Notes under the pieces: model-generated | What the model saw: the letters and a program-made list of their open reading frames with translations, nothing else | The model's database searches: none | What the model was told of the DNA's origin: nothing | From: Cyanophyceae cyanobacterium | Lineage (GTDB): Bacteria > Cyanobacteriota > Cyanobacteriia > Cyanobacteriales > JBHJGN01 | DNA length: 64,000 bases | Assembly (NCBI GenBank): GCA_050331735.1 | Contig: JBHJGN010000018.1 | Coordinates: 9,021-73,020, forward strand | Reading direction: 5' to 3' | In this document: positions 1 through 9,634 of the stretch, piece by piece | How positions within the stretch are numbered: position 1 is the first letter of the stretch | Layout of the letters: every line of letters starts with the position of its first letter | Program-made: the position numbers and the translations under genes

Positions 1-372
1 CTGAGGCTCAAGAGCGTCTGTGAAGATGAACCCGTTCCTTATCTGGGGATCAAAGTGGTTTCAGATGGCGGGAAGGAAACCATTAAGGCGGTGGTCGCCG
101 AGTCTCCGGCGGCGGTGGCTGGACTCGATGCCGGGGACGAACTGCTAGCAGTAGACGGCCTGCGGGTTACTGCTGAACAGTTGAACGAGCGACTCAAAGA
201 TTACCAAGCCGGTGATCGCCTTCAGGTAACGGTGTTTCACCAAGATCAGTTGCTCACATTAGCTGTAGAATTGGCAGAGCCACAGCCGAGTCGCTATGAG
301 ATTGTGCCGATAGATAACCCGACGGATACTCAAAAGCAAAATCTGTCTGGGTGGCTTGGGAGCGAGTCATAG
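1..372 (+). CDS. C-terminal part (PDZ domain) of an M61-family glycyl aminopeptidase; 5' end lies outside the window
   Basis: Open frame to TAG at 372; 'V.AESPAAVAGLDAGDELLAVDG' is a PDZ signature; the tail 'YEIVPIDNPTDTQKQNLSGWL' is typical of cyanobacterial M61-PDZ proteins. Confidence 0.75.
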   Translation: MRLKSVCEDEPVPYLGIKVVSDGGKETIKAVVAESPAAVAGLDAGDELLAVDGLRVTAEQLNERLKDYQAGDRLQVTVFHQDQLLTLAVELAEPQPSRYEIVPIDNPTDTQKQNLSGWLGSES

Positions 373-477
373 CAACGGCAAAGAATGAAAATTCATCTTG
401 GTCGGAAGCAGGGTGACAGTGAGGAGAAGAAACTGAAGCTTGATAGATTGATTAGTAAGATTTATTTGAACTAAGTG

Positions 478-1392
478 ATGGAAGGATTTTTACCAACGGC
501 CTATTTTAGAAATCAGTTTATTCCGTTTGCTGATGCCCAGATTTCGATTGCGACTCATGCTCTGCACTACGGCACAGGAGCCTTTGGCGGATTGAGAGGC
601 AACCCCGATCCGCAGAACCCTCAGCAGATGATTCTCTTTCGCTTAGACAGGCATTGCCAGCGATTGAGCCATAGCGCCAAATACTTAAACTACGATCTGC
701 CAGCCGATAAAATTCAGCAGATCATTGTCGATTTTGTTAAGAAGAATCAGCCCTCGAAGTCTTTTTATATTCGCCCCTTTGTTTATACCTCTGGTTTAGG
801 CATTGCCCCTAGGCTACACAAAGTGGAAAAGGACTTTTTCGTTTACGGCATCGAAATGGGAGACTATCTGTCACCTGATGGAGTTAGCTGCCGCATTAGT
901 TCCTGGTATCGCCAAGAAGACCGCAGTTTTCCGCTGCGAGGAAAAATCAGCGGAGCCTACATCACATCTTCTTTAGCCAAGACCGAAGCGGTGGAATCAG
1001 GCTTTGATGAAGCTATTTTGATGAACGCTCAGGGGAAAGTATGCGAAGCCACTGGCATGAATCTCTTTTTGGTCAGAAACGGTCAGCTCATTACCCCGAG
1101 CCTCGACCAGGATATTTTAGAAGGCATCACCAGAGACAGTATTCTTACCATCGCCCAAGATATGGGCCTTCCCACAGTCCAGAGAGCTGTCGATAAGTCA
1201 GAACTTTACATTGCCGATGAAGTGTTTCTCTGCGGTACAGCCGCAAAAATTGCCCCAGTGAAAAGAATCGAAACCTATACCATGCCGTCGTCTAGACCGA
1301 TCACCGAAAAACTGAAAGAGAAACTGAATGCGATCGCCGAAAACCGCGATTCAGATTACCAAGATTGGGTTTACGCTGTTCCCATTTCCTAA
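478..1392 (+). CDS. ilvE: Branched-chain amino acid aminotransferase (class IV PLP enzyme)
   Basis: Motifs THALHYGTGAFGGLR, KISGAY (PLP lysine), EATGMNLF, ILEGITR, ADEVFLCGTAA. Confidence 0.95.
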   Translation: MEGFLPTAYFRNQFIPFADAQISIATHALHYGTGAFGGLRGNPDPQNPQQMILFRLDRHCQRLSHSAKYLNYDLPADKIQQIIVDFVKKNQPSKSFYIRPFVYTSGLGIAPRLHKVEKDFFVYGIEMGDYLSPDGVSCRISSWYRQEDRSFPLRGKISGAYITSSLAKTEAVESGFDEAILMNAQGKVCEATGMNLFLVRNGQLITPSLDQDILEGITRDSILTIAQDMGLPTVQRAVDKSELYIADEVFLCGTAAKIAPVKRIETYTMPSSRPITEKLKEKLNAIAENRDSDYQDWVYAVPIS

Positions 1393-1393
1393 A

Positions 1394-1559
1394 TCGCTGC
1401 GCGACGGGGAAAGGGAAAATTGTCGCGTCTACAAAGAACACAGAGTTCAGAAGCTAATCAAACCCCCTTTCCCCTGTTCCCTGTTCCCGTTGCGGAGCAA
1501 CTTTTTTCCCGTTGCGGAGCAACTTCCCCCTTTCCCCTGTTCTCCGCGCCTGCGGCGCT
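1394..1559. repeat. GGGGAAA/TTTCCCC heptamer-type array with embedded 13-bp hairpin modules (copy 1)
   Basis: GTTGCGGAGCAAC at 1489 and 1511 and GCGCCTGCGGCGC at 1546, set in TTCCCC/TTCCCTG tracts; GGGGAAAGGGAAA on the left. Confidence 0.8.
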
Positions 1560-2248
1560 CGATACCAGCGCGCTAGGGTGGCTGGGGGAATTCCCAAGAA
1601 GTAGCCAGCGATCGTCACTTGGTTAATGAGAGTGGTGCGGATGATGCCTAATTTCTGCCAGCGGCGAGCGGACGTTAAGACAGCAGCGGGAACAATATGA
1701 ATGCGTCCGCGTTGTTGTAGCCGCCGAACCAGCTCAAAATCTTCCATGATGGGGAGACTAGCAAAGCCTCCTACGTCTTTAAATACGTCTGCTCTCAAAA
1801 AGAGCGCCTGATCGCCATAGGGAAGCGAGAGCAGGCGCGATCGCCAGTTGACCATTCTCTCCACAAAGCGGAGTAAGCGCCCTGGAGCGTCAATTTTTAA
1901 TTCAAACGCCCCGGCAGCCGTTGTGGGAGTAGCTAGCGCCGCCTCAACGAGGGTTGGATAATTGCTGGGTAGACGAGTATCAGCGTGAAGAAACAGCAGC
2001 ACATTTTTGGTGGCCACCGCTGCTCCTCGATTCATCTGATTAGCCCGTCCCGGCGGCGAACCGATCACTCTAGCCCCTAGAGAACGGGCAATTTCGCCAG
2101 TGTGATCGCTGCTGCCGCCGTCAACCACAATGATCTCTAGCTCATTATTCCGGCTGAGATCAGTACTTTGGGGAGCGGTCAACGAACGGAGTGTTGCCTG
2201 AATTTGGGCAGCTTCATTGAGAACCGGAACAATAATGCTAATCGCCAT
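1454..2248 (-). CDS. GT2 glycosyltransferase, TIGR04283-like; C-terminus extended by repeat DNA
   Basis: ISIIVPVLNEA, VVDGGSSDHT, GRANQMNRGA, LLFLHADT, PYGDQALF, MEDFELVRRL, TSARRW. Confidence 0.88.
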   Translation of the reverse strand: MAISIIVPVLNEAAQIQATLRSLTAPQSTDLSRNNELEIIVVDGGSSDHTGEIARSLGARVIGSPPGRANQMNRGAAVATKNVLLFLHADTRLPSNYPTLVEAALATPTTAAGAFELKIDAPGRLLRFVERMVNWRSRLLSLPYGDQALFLRADVFKDVGGFASLPIMEDFELVRRLQQRGRIHIVPAAVLTSARRWQKLGIIRTTLINQVTIAGYFLGIPPATLARWYRAPQARRTGERGKLLRNGKKVAPQREQGTGERGFD

Positions 2249-2320
2249 ACTACAGTAGAAATGAGTCGGGGCGTTCCGTGTAGTGTAGCGCCTCTTCCCT
2301 AGACCTGTGATGAGAACCAG

Positions 2321-3088
2321 ATGAGATTTTGGAGTGTGCCCCTGATCGTCTTGATTCTGCTGTGGACGATGTGGACAATGCCGAGGGCGATCGCCCTTTC
2401 GAGTACCAGCCTCGATGAATTTTCCCGTTCTAGCGCGATTCAGCCTGCGACCGGAGATTTAGAGTATCCAGACTGGATGGCGGGGACGTGGGAGGTAACG
2501 AGTACGCTCGTCGCAGCCAGCGCCCCCCTAGCCCCAGAAATTGTGTCGCCGGGGTTCGAGAGCAACCGCCGCACCCTGAATCAGCCCTTCAAATTTCAGG
2601 TTCGGTTTAGGACAAAGTATGCCGCGCCGCGCACTATCCCCGTACCATCATTAACCAAATTACCCGTCGTGGCCGACCGCGCCTTTAATGGGTTAAAAAT
2701 CGCGGAGGCTTACCTAGGAGAGGATGCGGTGTTATCGGTCAAAGGCGATCCTGACACCCCGAATCGGCAAATTACCCGGCTAGCGAGCGGTCAGCTTATT
2801 TCAACCATCACTCGACGAGGCAGCCAATCTCCTTCTGCTGACGAGTTTACCGCGACAGAAATCTGTCAGCAAATTTTTCGCAGCCGCTCCCAAATTTATC
2901 TAAATGAGGTAGCAACCACCACCACCTATCGGCATACTGGCGACAGAATTGCAGCCGATCAAACTACCGCTATTTATCTCTCACCGCAAGATCCTAACTA
3001 CTTTCGCGCCGCTGGTCGACCGGTGGCCCACTACCGCTATCGGCTAGAGCTAGTGCCAGTCGACCAGTTACGAATGACCAATCACTAG
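2321..3088 (+). CDS. Conserved cyanobacterial exported protein (DUF6816-like)
   Basis: N-terminal hydrophobic signal; 'DLEYPDWMAGTW', 'VVADRAFN', 'YLSPQDPNYF...PVAHYRYRL' motifs. Confidence 0.7.
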   Translation: MRFWSVPLIVLILLWTMWTMPRAIALSSTSLDEFSRSSAIQPATGDLEYPDWMAGTWEVTSTLVAASAPLAPEIVSPGFESNRRTLNQPFKFQVRFRTKYAAPRTIPVPSLTKLPVVADRAFNGLKIAEAYLGEDAVLSVKGDPDTPNRQITRLASGQLISTITRRGSQSPSADEFTATEICQQIFRSRSQIYLNEVATTTTYRHTGDRIAADQTTAIYLSPQDPNYFRAAGRPVAHYRYRLELVPVDQLRMTNH

Positions 3089-3164
3089 TGACCAAGAACA
3101 CGGTAGCGCCGCTCTTCCGTCGAGGGCCATCTCCCGACTAAAACCAGGGGGATGAGTTGATGAT

Positions 3165-3401
3165 TTAGCTCGGCAGGCTCGTCCACGCTTGCGTCACAAT
3201 GTTACTAAGCCAGCACCGCTGCCCCCGATCGAGAATACAATCTTCTTTGAGAACCTCGGCGGTCAGTTCGTCTAGAGATTGACCCTCTCGACGAGCCATT
3301 TCCACAACGCCGGCGATCGCAGCGGCGACAATTTCTTCATCGACCGATTCTTGGCGAAGTGCCATAATTTCTTCTGTGTTTGTCGGAATTAAATCACGCA
3401 T
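3165..3401 (-). CDS. Small conserved cyanobacterial hypothetical protein
   Basis: ORF with 'EEIVAAAIAGVV..AR..GQSLDELTAEVL' pattern; ATG at 3401 preferred over upstream TTG. Confidence 0.65.
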   Translation of the reverse strand: MRDLIPTNTEEIMALRQESVDEEIVAAAIAGVVEMARREGQSLDELTAEVLKEDCILDRGQRCWLSNIVTQAWTSLPS

Positions 3402-3547
3402 GGTTAAGCTGTCTCTCAAATAAGTAACGAATAAAGTTTTGTTAAGAAAATTAATTTTGATAATTAAAAGTTTAGCTTACCTTGACCCCCATTAACTCTG
3501 TCCTTGTTAGTAGTTGCCCGATTAAGTGAATCTGTATTGAATCTGTG

Positions 3548-5557
3548 ATGAAAGAACTGCTTTATTTAGAAATTCCCACTGCCGATACTGCAACGGTTCG
3601 TACCTGGCTTCAGCAGGAGTGGCAGCCTCAGCGCGGACACAAACGGGTGACTCCTGACGGCGTGTGTTTACAGTGTTCAACACCGGCCCTAATCCCCGCA
3701 GAACTTGCTATTTTCGTCTGGTCGCTCCAGCGGACAACCTATCTCAAAGTGTTTCAGTGGGATCCCTTTGCTGGCAGTAGCAAAATCTGTCGGCAGTTAG
3801 AGACGGCGCTGAGAGCACGTTTTCCGCAGCAGTACCCAAAACCGCCGAATATTGACTCCCAGCAGTCGATCTTTGACGCCCTAGCTCCCTACTACCCCCA
3901 AACGGTCCACTTTTTCCAGAAAATGCCGCAGGGGGAGTACGATCTTAGGCGCGTCTACTGGTGGGAAAAGCGCTGGCGGGAAAGTGTACGTCAGCCCAAA
4001 CAGCCCAAGCCGGTAATTTTTCAAGACCCATCTCGGGCAACAACTCCTCTGAACTACGACATTATCTATATTGGCGGTGCTTTAGGCGCCATCCATGCAG
4101 CGGTCATGGCCCAGCGAGGCTACCGTGTTTTGCTCGTGGAGCGGCTTCCTTTTGGGCGGATGAATCGGGAGTGGAATATTTCCCGTTCGGAATTTCAAAG
4201 CCTAATTGATTTAGGATTGTTTACCGAGGCTGAATTTGAAAGCATCATTGCTAGGGAGTATATCGACGGATACAACAAGTTCTTTGATGGCACAATTCCG
4301 GAAAACCTCAGAGCCGATGTGCTGCATACGCCAACGGTACTCAATATTGCTCTAAATTCCCAAAAATTCTTAGAGCTGTGTGGCACTAAGCTCAGGCAGG
4401 CTGGGGGTGAAATCTGGGACGAAACTGAGTTTATTCGCGCTCATGTTGCTCCCGAGCAAGTCAGTGTTGAACTGGTCCACCTCCCGACACAAACAACCAA
4501 ACGGGTGAGCGGACGATTACTGCTCGATGCGATGGGAACGGCATCACCAATTGCCTGGCAGCTTAATGGCGGTCGAGCTTTTGATAGCGTTTGTCCAACG
4601 GTGGGAGCGGTAATTCAGAGTGGCTTTGAGCCCGGAGTTTGGGACTCTAACTATGGCGATGTCCTCAATTCTCACGGCGATATTTCCAGAGGAAGACAGT
4701 TGATTTGGGAGCTGTTTCCGGGGGAAGGAGAAGAACTCACTATCTATCTGTTCCACTACCATCAGGTGCATCCCGATAACCCCGGCTCTTTATTAGAAAT
4801 GTATGAAGATTTCTTTACAATTCTACCGGAGTACCGCCGCTGCGATGTGGAACAGCTCGTCTGGAAGAAACCCACCTTTGGGTACATTCCCGGGCACTTT
4901 AGCACGAGTCAAAGCGATCGCACGGTAGCTTTCGATCGTCTACTCGCGATTGGAGATGCGGCGTCTCTTCAGTCGCCGCTCGTCTTTACCGGATTTGGTT
5001 CCTTGGTGCGAAACCTCAATCGCCTAACGAATCTACTAGATACGGCGCTACAGCACGATCTCCTGGAGGCGAAACACCTCAACCAAATCCGCGCCTACCA
5101 AAGCAATGTCTCGGTCACCTGGCTCTTTTCTAAGGGCATGATGGTGCCTACGGGGAAAACTTTAGCGCCGCAGAAAATTAATGCGATGCTGAACACCTTT
5201 TTCGGACTGCTGGCCGATGAACCGCTAGAAGTTGCCGATACCTTTATTAAAGATCGTGCTAACTGGATGATGTTCACGCATCTGGCCCTTAAAGCTGCTC
5301 GTAAAAATCCGGCTATCTTGCTGTGGATTGTCGAAATGGCGGGTGTAAAAGATCTAGTGCGCTGGACAGGTTCGTATCTAGTATTCACCGTGGATGCGTT
5401 TACTAACTGGCTGTTGAAACGCTGGTTTCCCCAGTGGCTGCGGCAGTCTCAAACGTGGCTAGAGAAATATCCGGCTTTATGGCTGAAGCTGTTGAGTGTT
5501 CGGTATGGACTCACGATTAATTTACCTCGAATTTCGAGTAAAAAGGTGACGGGGTGA
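3548..5557 (+). CDS. cruA: FixC-like flavoprotein, probable CruA-type lycopene cyclase
   Basis: ~670 aa with an N-terminal extension, FAD-binding 'DIIYIGGALG', 'MNREWNISR', 'IGDAASLQSPLVFTGFGSL'; length fits CruA rather than the shorter CruP. Confidence 0.72.
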   Translation: MKELLYLEIPTADTATVRTWLQQEWQPQRGHKRVTPDGVCLQCSTPALIPAELAIFVWSLQRTTYLKVFQWDPFAGSSKICRQLETALRARFPQQYPKPPNIDSQQSIFDALAPYYPQTVHFFQKMPQGEYDLRRVYWWEKRWRESVRQPKQPKPVIFQDPSRATTPLNYDIIYIGGALGAIHAAVMAQRGYRVLLVERLPFGRMNREWNISRSEFQSLIDLGLFTEAEFESIIAREYIDGYNKFFDGTIPENLRADVLHTPTVLNIALNSQKFLELCGTKLRQAGGEIWDETEFIRAHVAPEQVSVELVHLPTQTTKRVSGRLLLDAMGTASPIAWQLNGGRAFDSVCPTVGAVIQSGFEPGVWDSNYGDVLNSHGDISRGRQLIWELFPGEGEELTIYLFHYHQVHPDNPGSLLEMYEDFFTILPEYRRCDVEQLVWKKPTFGYIPGHFSTSQSDRTVAFDRLLAIGDAASLQSPLVFTGFGSLVRNLNRLTNLLDTALQHDLLEAKHLNQIRAYQSNVSVTWLFSKGMMVPTGKTLAPQKINAMLNTFFGLLADEPLEVADTFIKDRANWMMFTHLALKAARKNPAILLWIVEMAGVKDLVRWTGSYLVFTVDAFTNWLLKRWFPQWLRQSQTWLEKYPALWLKLLSVRYGLTINLPRISSKKVTG

Positions 5558-5668
5558 CAGTTATCAATAATTACAAACGCAGTTGGGGCTTAATCATCAG
5601 CAGATCGCTTTTTTAAAAGATTGCGTTAGCCTAAACAAAATTATCGGAAAAATATCGCTTTTTAAGCC

Positions 5669-7297
5669 ATGAAAGTTATTCGTCTTCTGCTGAAGAACTC
5701 TAGCAAAATCTTTTTATTAGCAGCAGTAACGAGTTTTATCAGTGGTGCGAGTGGTGCTGGGGCGATCGCCGTTATTAATTATGCGATCGCCTCTTTGCCC
5801 AATTTACCTCATTGGTTACTGTGGGTGTTTCTTGGTCTTTGCCTAATTTTGTGGATTTTTCGGTTTATTAGCTGGGTATTAATTACTCGTCTATCTCAAG
5901 AAGTAATCTACAGTTTACGCTTAGAGATGACGCAGCAGATCTTAGGTTGTCCTTTACAGCATTTGGAAACCGTTGGCGCATCAAAGCTATTAGCAACGCT
6001 AACAGGAGATATCAACGCCATTGCCACAGCTTCAGTTCAGCTATCGATTGCGATCGTTAATTTTGCTGTACTGGCGAGCATCTTTGCTTATTTATGCTGG
6101 CTTTCGCCGCTATTATTTTTGATTGTATTGGGTAGTACTGTCGCTGGATATACTTTGTTTAATTTTCTCCAAAGACAAGGAAACGAGGACTTTAAAAAAT
6201 TTCGTGTTACTCAAGATGTTTTATTCGGTCATTTTCGCTCAATTACTGAAGGAACAAAAGAATTAAAATTACATCGTCCCAGAAGAATAGCGTTAATTAA
6301 TGAAGAATTAAAAGTCAGTGCAGCTCAAGCAAAACACTATTGGGTTAAAGCAGTAACAGCTTTCGCTTTTGGTGGGTCTACAGGAACAGTACTATTTTTT
6401 GTTCCCATTGGGTTAATTTTGTTTGTTTTTCCTAGCTTAGGAACAGTTTCTCCAGCAATCCTATCTAGTTATACCCTAGCTGTTCTATATATGATTAGCC
6501 CGATTACTGAAATCACCTCTGCTTTACCTCAAATAGCTCAAGCAAATGTGGCATTAAACAACATTGATTCTCTCGGCTTGTCTCTTGCCAATCCAGTGAC
6601 GGAACCCGCTTTTCCGACCGAGACTGATTTTGGCGCTAACTGGTCGAGCTTGGAATTAGCAGAGCTTCATCACGTTTATGGGGAAGCAGAAGAACATCAA
6701 TTTAGTTTAGACTATATTAATCTTAAGTTTCAGCCTGGAGAAATTGTTTTTATTGTTGGTGGTAACGGTAGCGGTAAATCTACGCTGGTCAAACTGATTA
6801 CGGGGTTATATACTCCCGATCGCGGTCAAATCTTATTTGATCATATTCCCGTTACTGATAATAATCGAGAATGGTATCGACAGCAGTTTTCAGTCGTATT
6901 CTATGATTTTTACTTATTTGAGCGTCTGTTGGGATTACAGACAAACCACCACGAAAAAATACTAAGCTATTTAAAGTTACTAGAAATAGATCATAAAGTA
7001 ACAGTCAAAGACGGAATTTTATCCACGACAAACTTATCTCAGGGACAGCGCAAACGATTAGCATTACTAACGGCTTATTTAGAAGACCGCCCAATCTATG
7101 TGTTTGATGAATGGGCATCCGATCAAGATCCGGTATTTAAAGACGTGTTTTACATGAAATTAATTCCCGAATTGAAAAGCCGAGGCAAAACTATCATTGC
7201 AGTGAGTCACGATGACCGCTATTTTGATCGGTGCGATCGCTTAGTTAAGCTAGAGTATGGTCGCGTTGTTGAAAATCGTCGGCTTTCTCATCCGTAA
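5669..7297 (+). CDS. Cyclic-peptide export ABC transporter (SyrD/PvdE/YojI family, fused TMD-NBD)
   Basis: GTKELKL motif in the TMD, Walker A GGNGSGKST, signature LSQGQRKRLAL, FDEWASDQDPVF, SHDDRYF. Confidence 0.9.
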   Translation: MKVIRLLLKNSSKIFLLAAVTSFISGASGAGAIAVINYAIASLPNLPHWLLWVFLGLCLILWIFRFISWVLITRLSQEVIYSLRLEMTQQILGCPLQHLETVGASKLLATLTGDINAIATASVQLSIAIVNFAVLASIFAYLCWLSPLLFLIVLGSTVAGYTLFNFLQRQGNEDFKKFRVTQDVLFGHFRSITEGTKELKLHRPRRIALINEELKVSAAQAKHYWVKAVTAFAFGGSTGTVLFFVPIGLILFVFPSLGTVSPAILSSYTLAVLYMISPITEITSALPQIAQANVALNNIDSLGLSLANPVTEPAFPTETDFGANWSSLELAELHHVYGEAEEHQFSLDYINLKFQPGEIVFIVGGNGSGKSTLVKLITGLYTPDRGQILFDHIPVTDNNREWYRQQFSVVFYDFYLFERLLGLQTNHHEKILSYLKLLEIDHKVTVKDGILSTTNLSQGQRKRLALLTAYLEDRPIYVFDEWASDQDPVFKDVFYMKLIPELKSRGKTIIAVSHDDRYFDRCDRLVKLEYGRVVENRRLSHP

Positions 7298-7355
7298 GCT
7301 ATTGGTGCGATGACAATGGCTTGCATTACCCCTAAGCACTGAAGAAGCTTGCTCT

Positions 7356-8099
7356 TTAATTTGCGGTCTTGCCTGATTTATTTTGATGCGATATTTGTCG
7401 CCGATCGAGCCAGCGTCGAAAGAAACGATAACTAGCGCGCACTCCATCTAAAATAGAGTGGGGTAATGTCAAGCGATGCCAAGAAAAGAACGGTAAATAG
7501 ATCCAGTAGTAAGCTTTTTTCAAATCTTCCCAGGCTAAACAAGGTTCTTCCCGCAAAAAATCTGACACATCGACAACTAACCCTCTCCCGTTAGACATCA
7601 TGACATTACGACCATGCACGTCATGAGGATGCAAATGGCGGCTGCGAGCATATTCCAAAGCATAATCGATATCTTTAATTACCTGTTGAGGAATTTTGAT
7701 TCCCTGATGCATGCAGTCGTATAAGGTGGTTCCGTGCAGTCTCTTGAGAACTAGATAATTATTTTCAGCATACAAACATTCTGAGAAAGCAGGATGAGAA
7801 CCCAAACGACAGTACACTTCCAACTCTTCTTCCCACCCCTGCCTTCCGGGAGCGTACACCTTGACAACTAGCTCGCTATGGTCTGGATGGTAGAATACGC
7901 CTGCGTAGTTTCCTGTCCCTAAAACTTGCCAAGGTTCTGGAATATGTTGAACGACAACAGGATTATAGGGGCGGATACTCTCAATTCTGAGCTGAGGAAG
8001 TAGTTCTTGATGAATCTTGACAATTAACTGCGCTAAGTCTGTTTGATTTTGATAAGAGTTGCTAGCAGCAGCAAAATCAGTTGGAATAAAAAACGACAT
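7356..8099 (-). CDS. Ser/Thr protein-kinase-like protein
   Basis: Gly loop LGTGNYAGVF, VVKVY lysine, HDVHGRNVM catalytic loop, VVDVSDF. Confidence 0.8.
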   Translation of the reverse strand: MSFFIPTDFAAASNSYQNQTDLAQLIVKIHQELLPQLRIESIRPYNPVVVQHIPEPWQVLGTGNYAGVFYHPDHSELVVKVYAPGRQGWEEELEVYCRLGSHPAFSECLYAENNYLVLKRLHGTTLYDCMHQGIKIPQQVIKDIDYALEYARSRHLHPHDVHGRNVMMSNGRGLVVDVSDFLREEPCLAWEDLKKAYYWIYLPFFSWHRLTLPHSILDGVRASYRFFRRWLDRRQISHQNKSGKTAN

Positions 8100-8160
8100 C
8101 TGCGGTTAAGCTTGTTAAAACTATAGTTAATTTAACTGTTTACAGTTTAGCGGCAGGAAG

Positions 8161-8315
8161 TAATACCAATTAGAAGAAGTAATAGGAGACTTGATGAGTT
8201 GGGGGAAAGGGGAAGGGGTAAAGGGGAAAGGGAAGCACAGCCGCTTTTTGCCCTTGAACCTCCAATGCTTGGTTAGTTTAAGGAACTATCTAACTACTTT
8301 CGGTAAATGGTATAA
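8161..8315. mobile_element. MITE-like element, copy 1 (155 bp)
   Basis: Differs from 27988-28135 by 7 substitutions and one 7-bp indel; imperfect terminal inverted repeats ATACCAATTA.../...TAAATGGTAT; no coding capacity. Confidence 0.85.
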
Positions 8316-8462
8316 GTTTTAAATTGGTTATTATCAAAATTAAGTTAACTGTTTTAACAGTCTACCATTTTCCCCTTGAGAATTACCGAGAAAACAATTT
8401 GGACGCGGCAGATATATTACTGTAGTGGATCTTACCAACAGCAAAACATTAACAAATAGTCA

Positions 8463-9041
8463 ATGGACGATCAAACCCCAAAATTAGTCAAAAAAATTGA
8501 GATTGTTTTTGAAGCAATTATTTGGAACTTTCGTTTTTTTATCCTAGCCCCAGTGGTCTTCAGTTTGCTAAGTGCTTTGCGCTTGATTATTATTGGAACT
8601 TTTGATATTTGGGCAGGACTGGTGTTGAGTTTTGATCCTCAAGATCCAGAAGGTGAAGAAACCATCAAAATTGTTGCCTATATCATCGGCGGCATTGATT
8701 ATTACTTGATCGGAATCGTTTTATTAATTTTTGCTTTTGGTATCTATGAGCTGTTTATCTCAGAAATAGATATCAAACATAGAGACGATTCTAGTATTTT
8801 ACAGAGTGAAACACTAGAGGAGCTTAAAGGTAAATTAGTCAACGTTATTGTAGTCGCCCTGATTGTTAGTTTCTTTAAACGAATGCTTAACTTAGAAATA
8901 CGGCAGGTAAGCGATGTAGTTTACATAGCATCAGCAATTTTACTCATTTCTATTAGCCAGTATCTCTTAAATTTAAATCATCTCAATTCTTTAAAGCACA
9001 GCAAACCTTCTACAAAGGCTGACTCAGATGCTTCAAGCTAA
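8463..9041 (+). CDS. YqhA/UPF0114-family membrane protein
   Basis: 'IDYYLIGIVLLIFAFGIYELFISEID' and 'LEELKGKLVNVIVVALIVSFF' motifs, four hydrophobic segments. Confidence 0.85.
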   Translation: MDDQTPKLVKKIEIVFEAIIWNFRFFILAPVVFSLLSALRLIIIGTFDIWAGLVLSFDPQDPEGEETIKIVAYIIGGIDYYLIGIVLLIFAFGIYELFISEIDIKHRDDSSILQSETLEELKGKLVNVIVVALIVSFFKRMLNLEIRQVSDVVYIASAILLISISQYLLNLNHLNSLKHSKPSTKADSDASS

Positions 9042-9042
9042 T

Positions 9043-9232
9043 CAACGTCAGTTCGGGATCAGAATAGCGGTGGGACCGAAACCGCTGCGTTGAGACAAAA
9101 CCGACCATTTCTGTAGCCCGTGAAGTCGGACTTAGTTTGTGTCGCTGCGACTTGATCTTGCTCAAGGCAGACTAGGCAAGTGCTCTCCGGCGAAACTTTG
9201 AGTCGCTATGCGCTTATCCCAAACTCAGGTTG
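9043..9232. mobile_element. 190-bp non-coding element bounded by 20-bp imperfect inverted repeats (putative MITE)
   Basis: Left end CAACGTCAGTTCGGGATCAG vs reverse complement of right end CAACCTGAGTTTGGGATAAG: 16/20 identical. Confidence 0.55.
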
Positions 9233-9563
9233 TACTACTATGGCTAATTGAGCCTTGGTTGACTGTTTTCCCTATTTTCCTAGTTGCAGATGTTGGAATC
9301 TAATACCAAGAGTATTTGTTCTGCAAGCTTGTTTTACCTAGGCGGTTCTGGCTTGCGTACGGAACGAAAACGTCCGCTAAGGCTGAAAGCAATGCATGGT
9401 CTAGACTAGTTTGCTGCTCTAGTCATCCTTCTAGCAAAAACAGAGAATCCCGTAATGACAATACCAGGAAAACCCGTAAACTGGCCGGAAGTAAAGTTGA
9501 ATGCAGAAGGTGGAGTTGGACATCAAAATCTCGGCGATACGGTAAGCGGTTTAGTTCCATTGA

Positions 9564-9628
9564 GAGAGGGACAATTTCCCCTGTTTCCCACAGCTTCGCT
9601 GCTTTCCCCGCGCCTGCGGCGCTTCCCG
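9564..9628. repeat. Heptamer/hairpin array (copy 2)
   Basis: GAGAGGGACAATTTCCCC (shared with ~38366) and GCGCCTGCGGCGC at 9610 in TTTCCCC tracts. Confidence 0.7.
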
Positions 9629-9634
9629 CTATCC

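Noticed and set aside
1328..1626. Plus-strand ORFs 1328-1576 and 1420-1626
   Set aside because: Repeat-derived low-complexity frames overlapping real genes
1454..2248. Arsenosugar biosynthesis operon suggested by the TIGR04283-like GT
   Set aside because: No arsM, arsS or TIGR04282-type partner gene is adjacent
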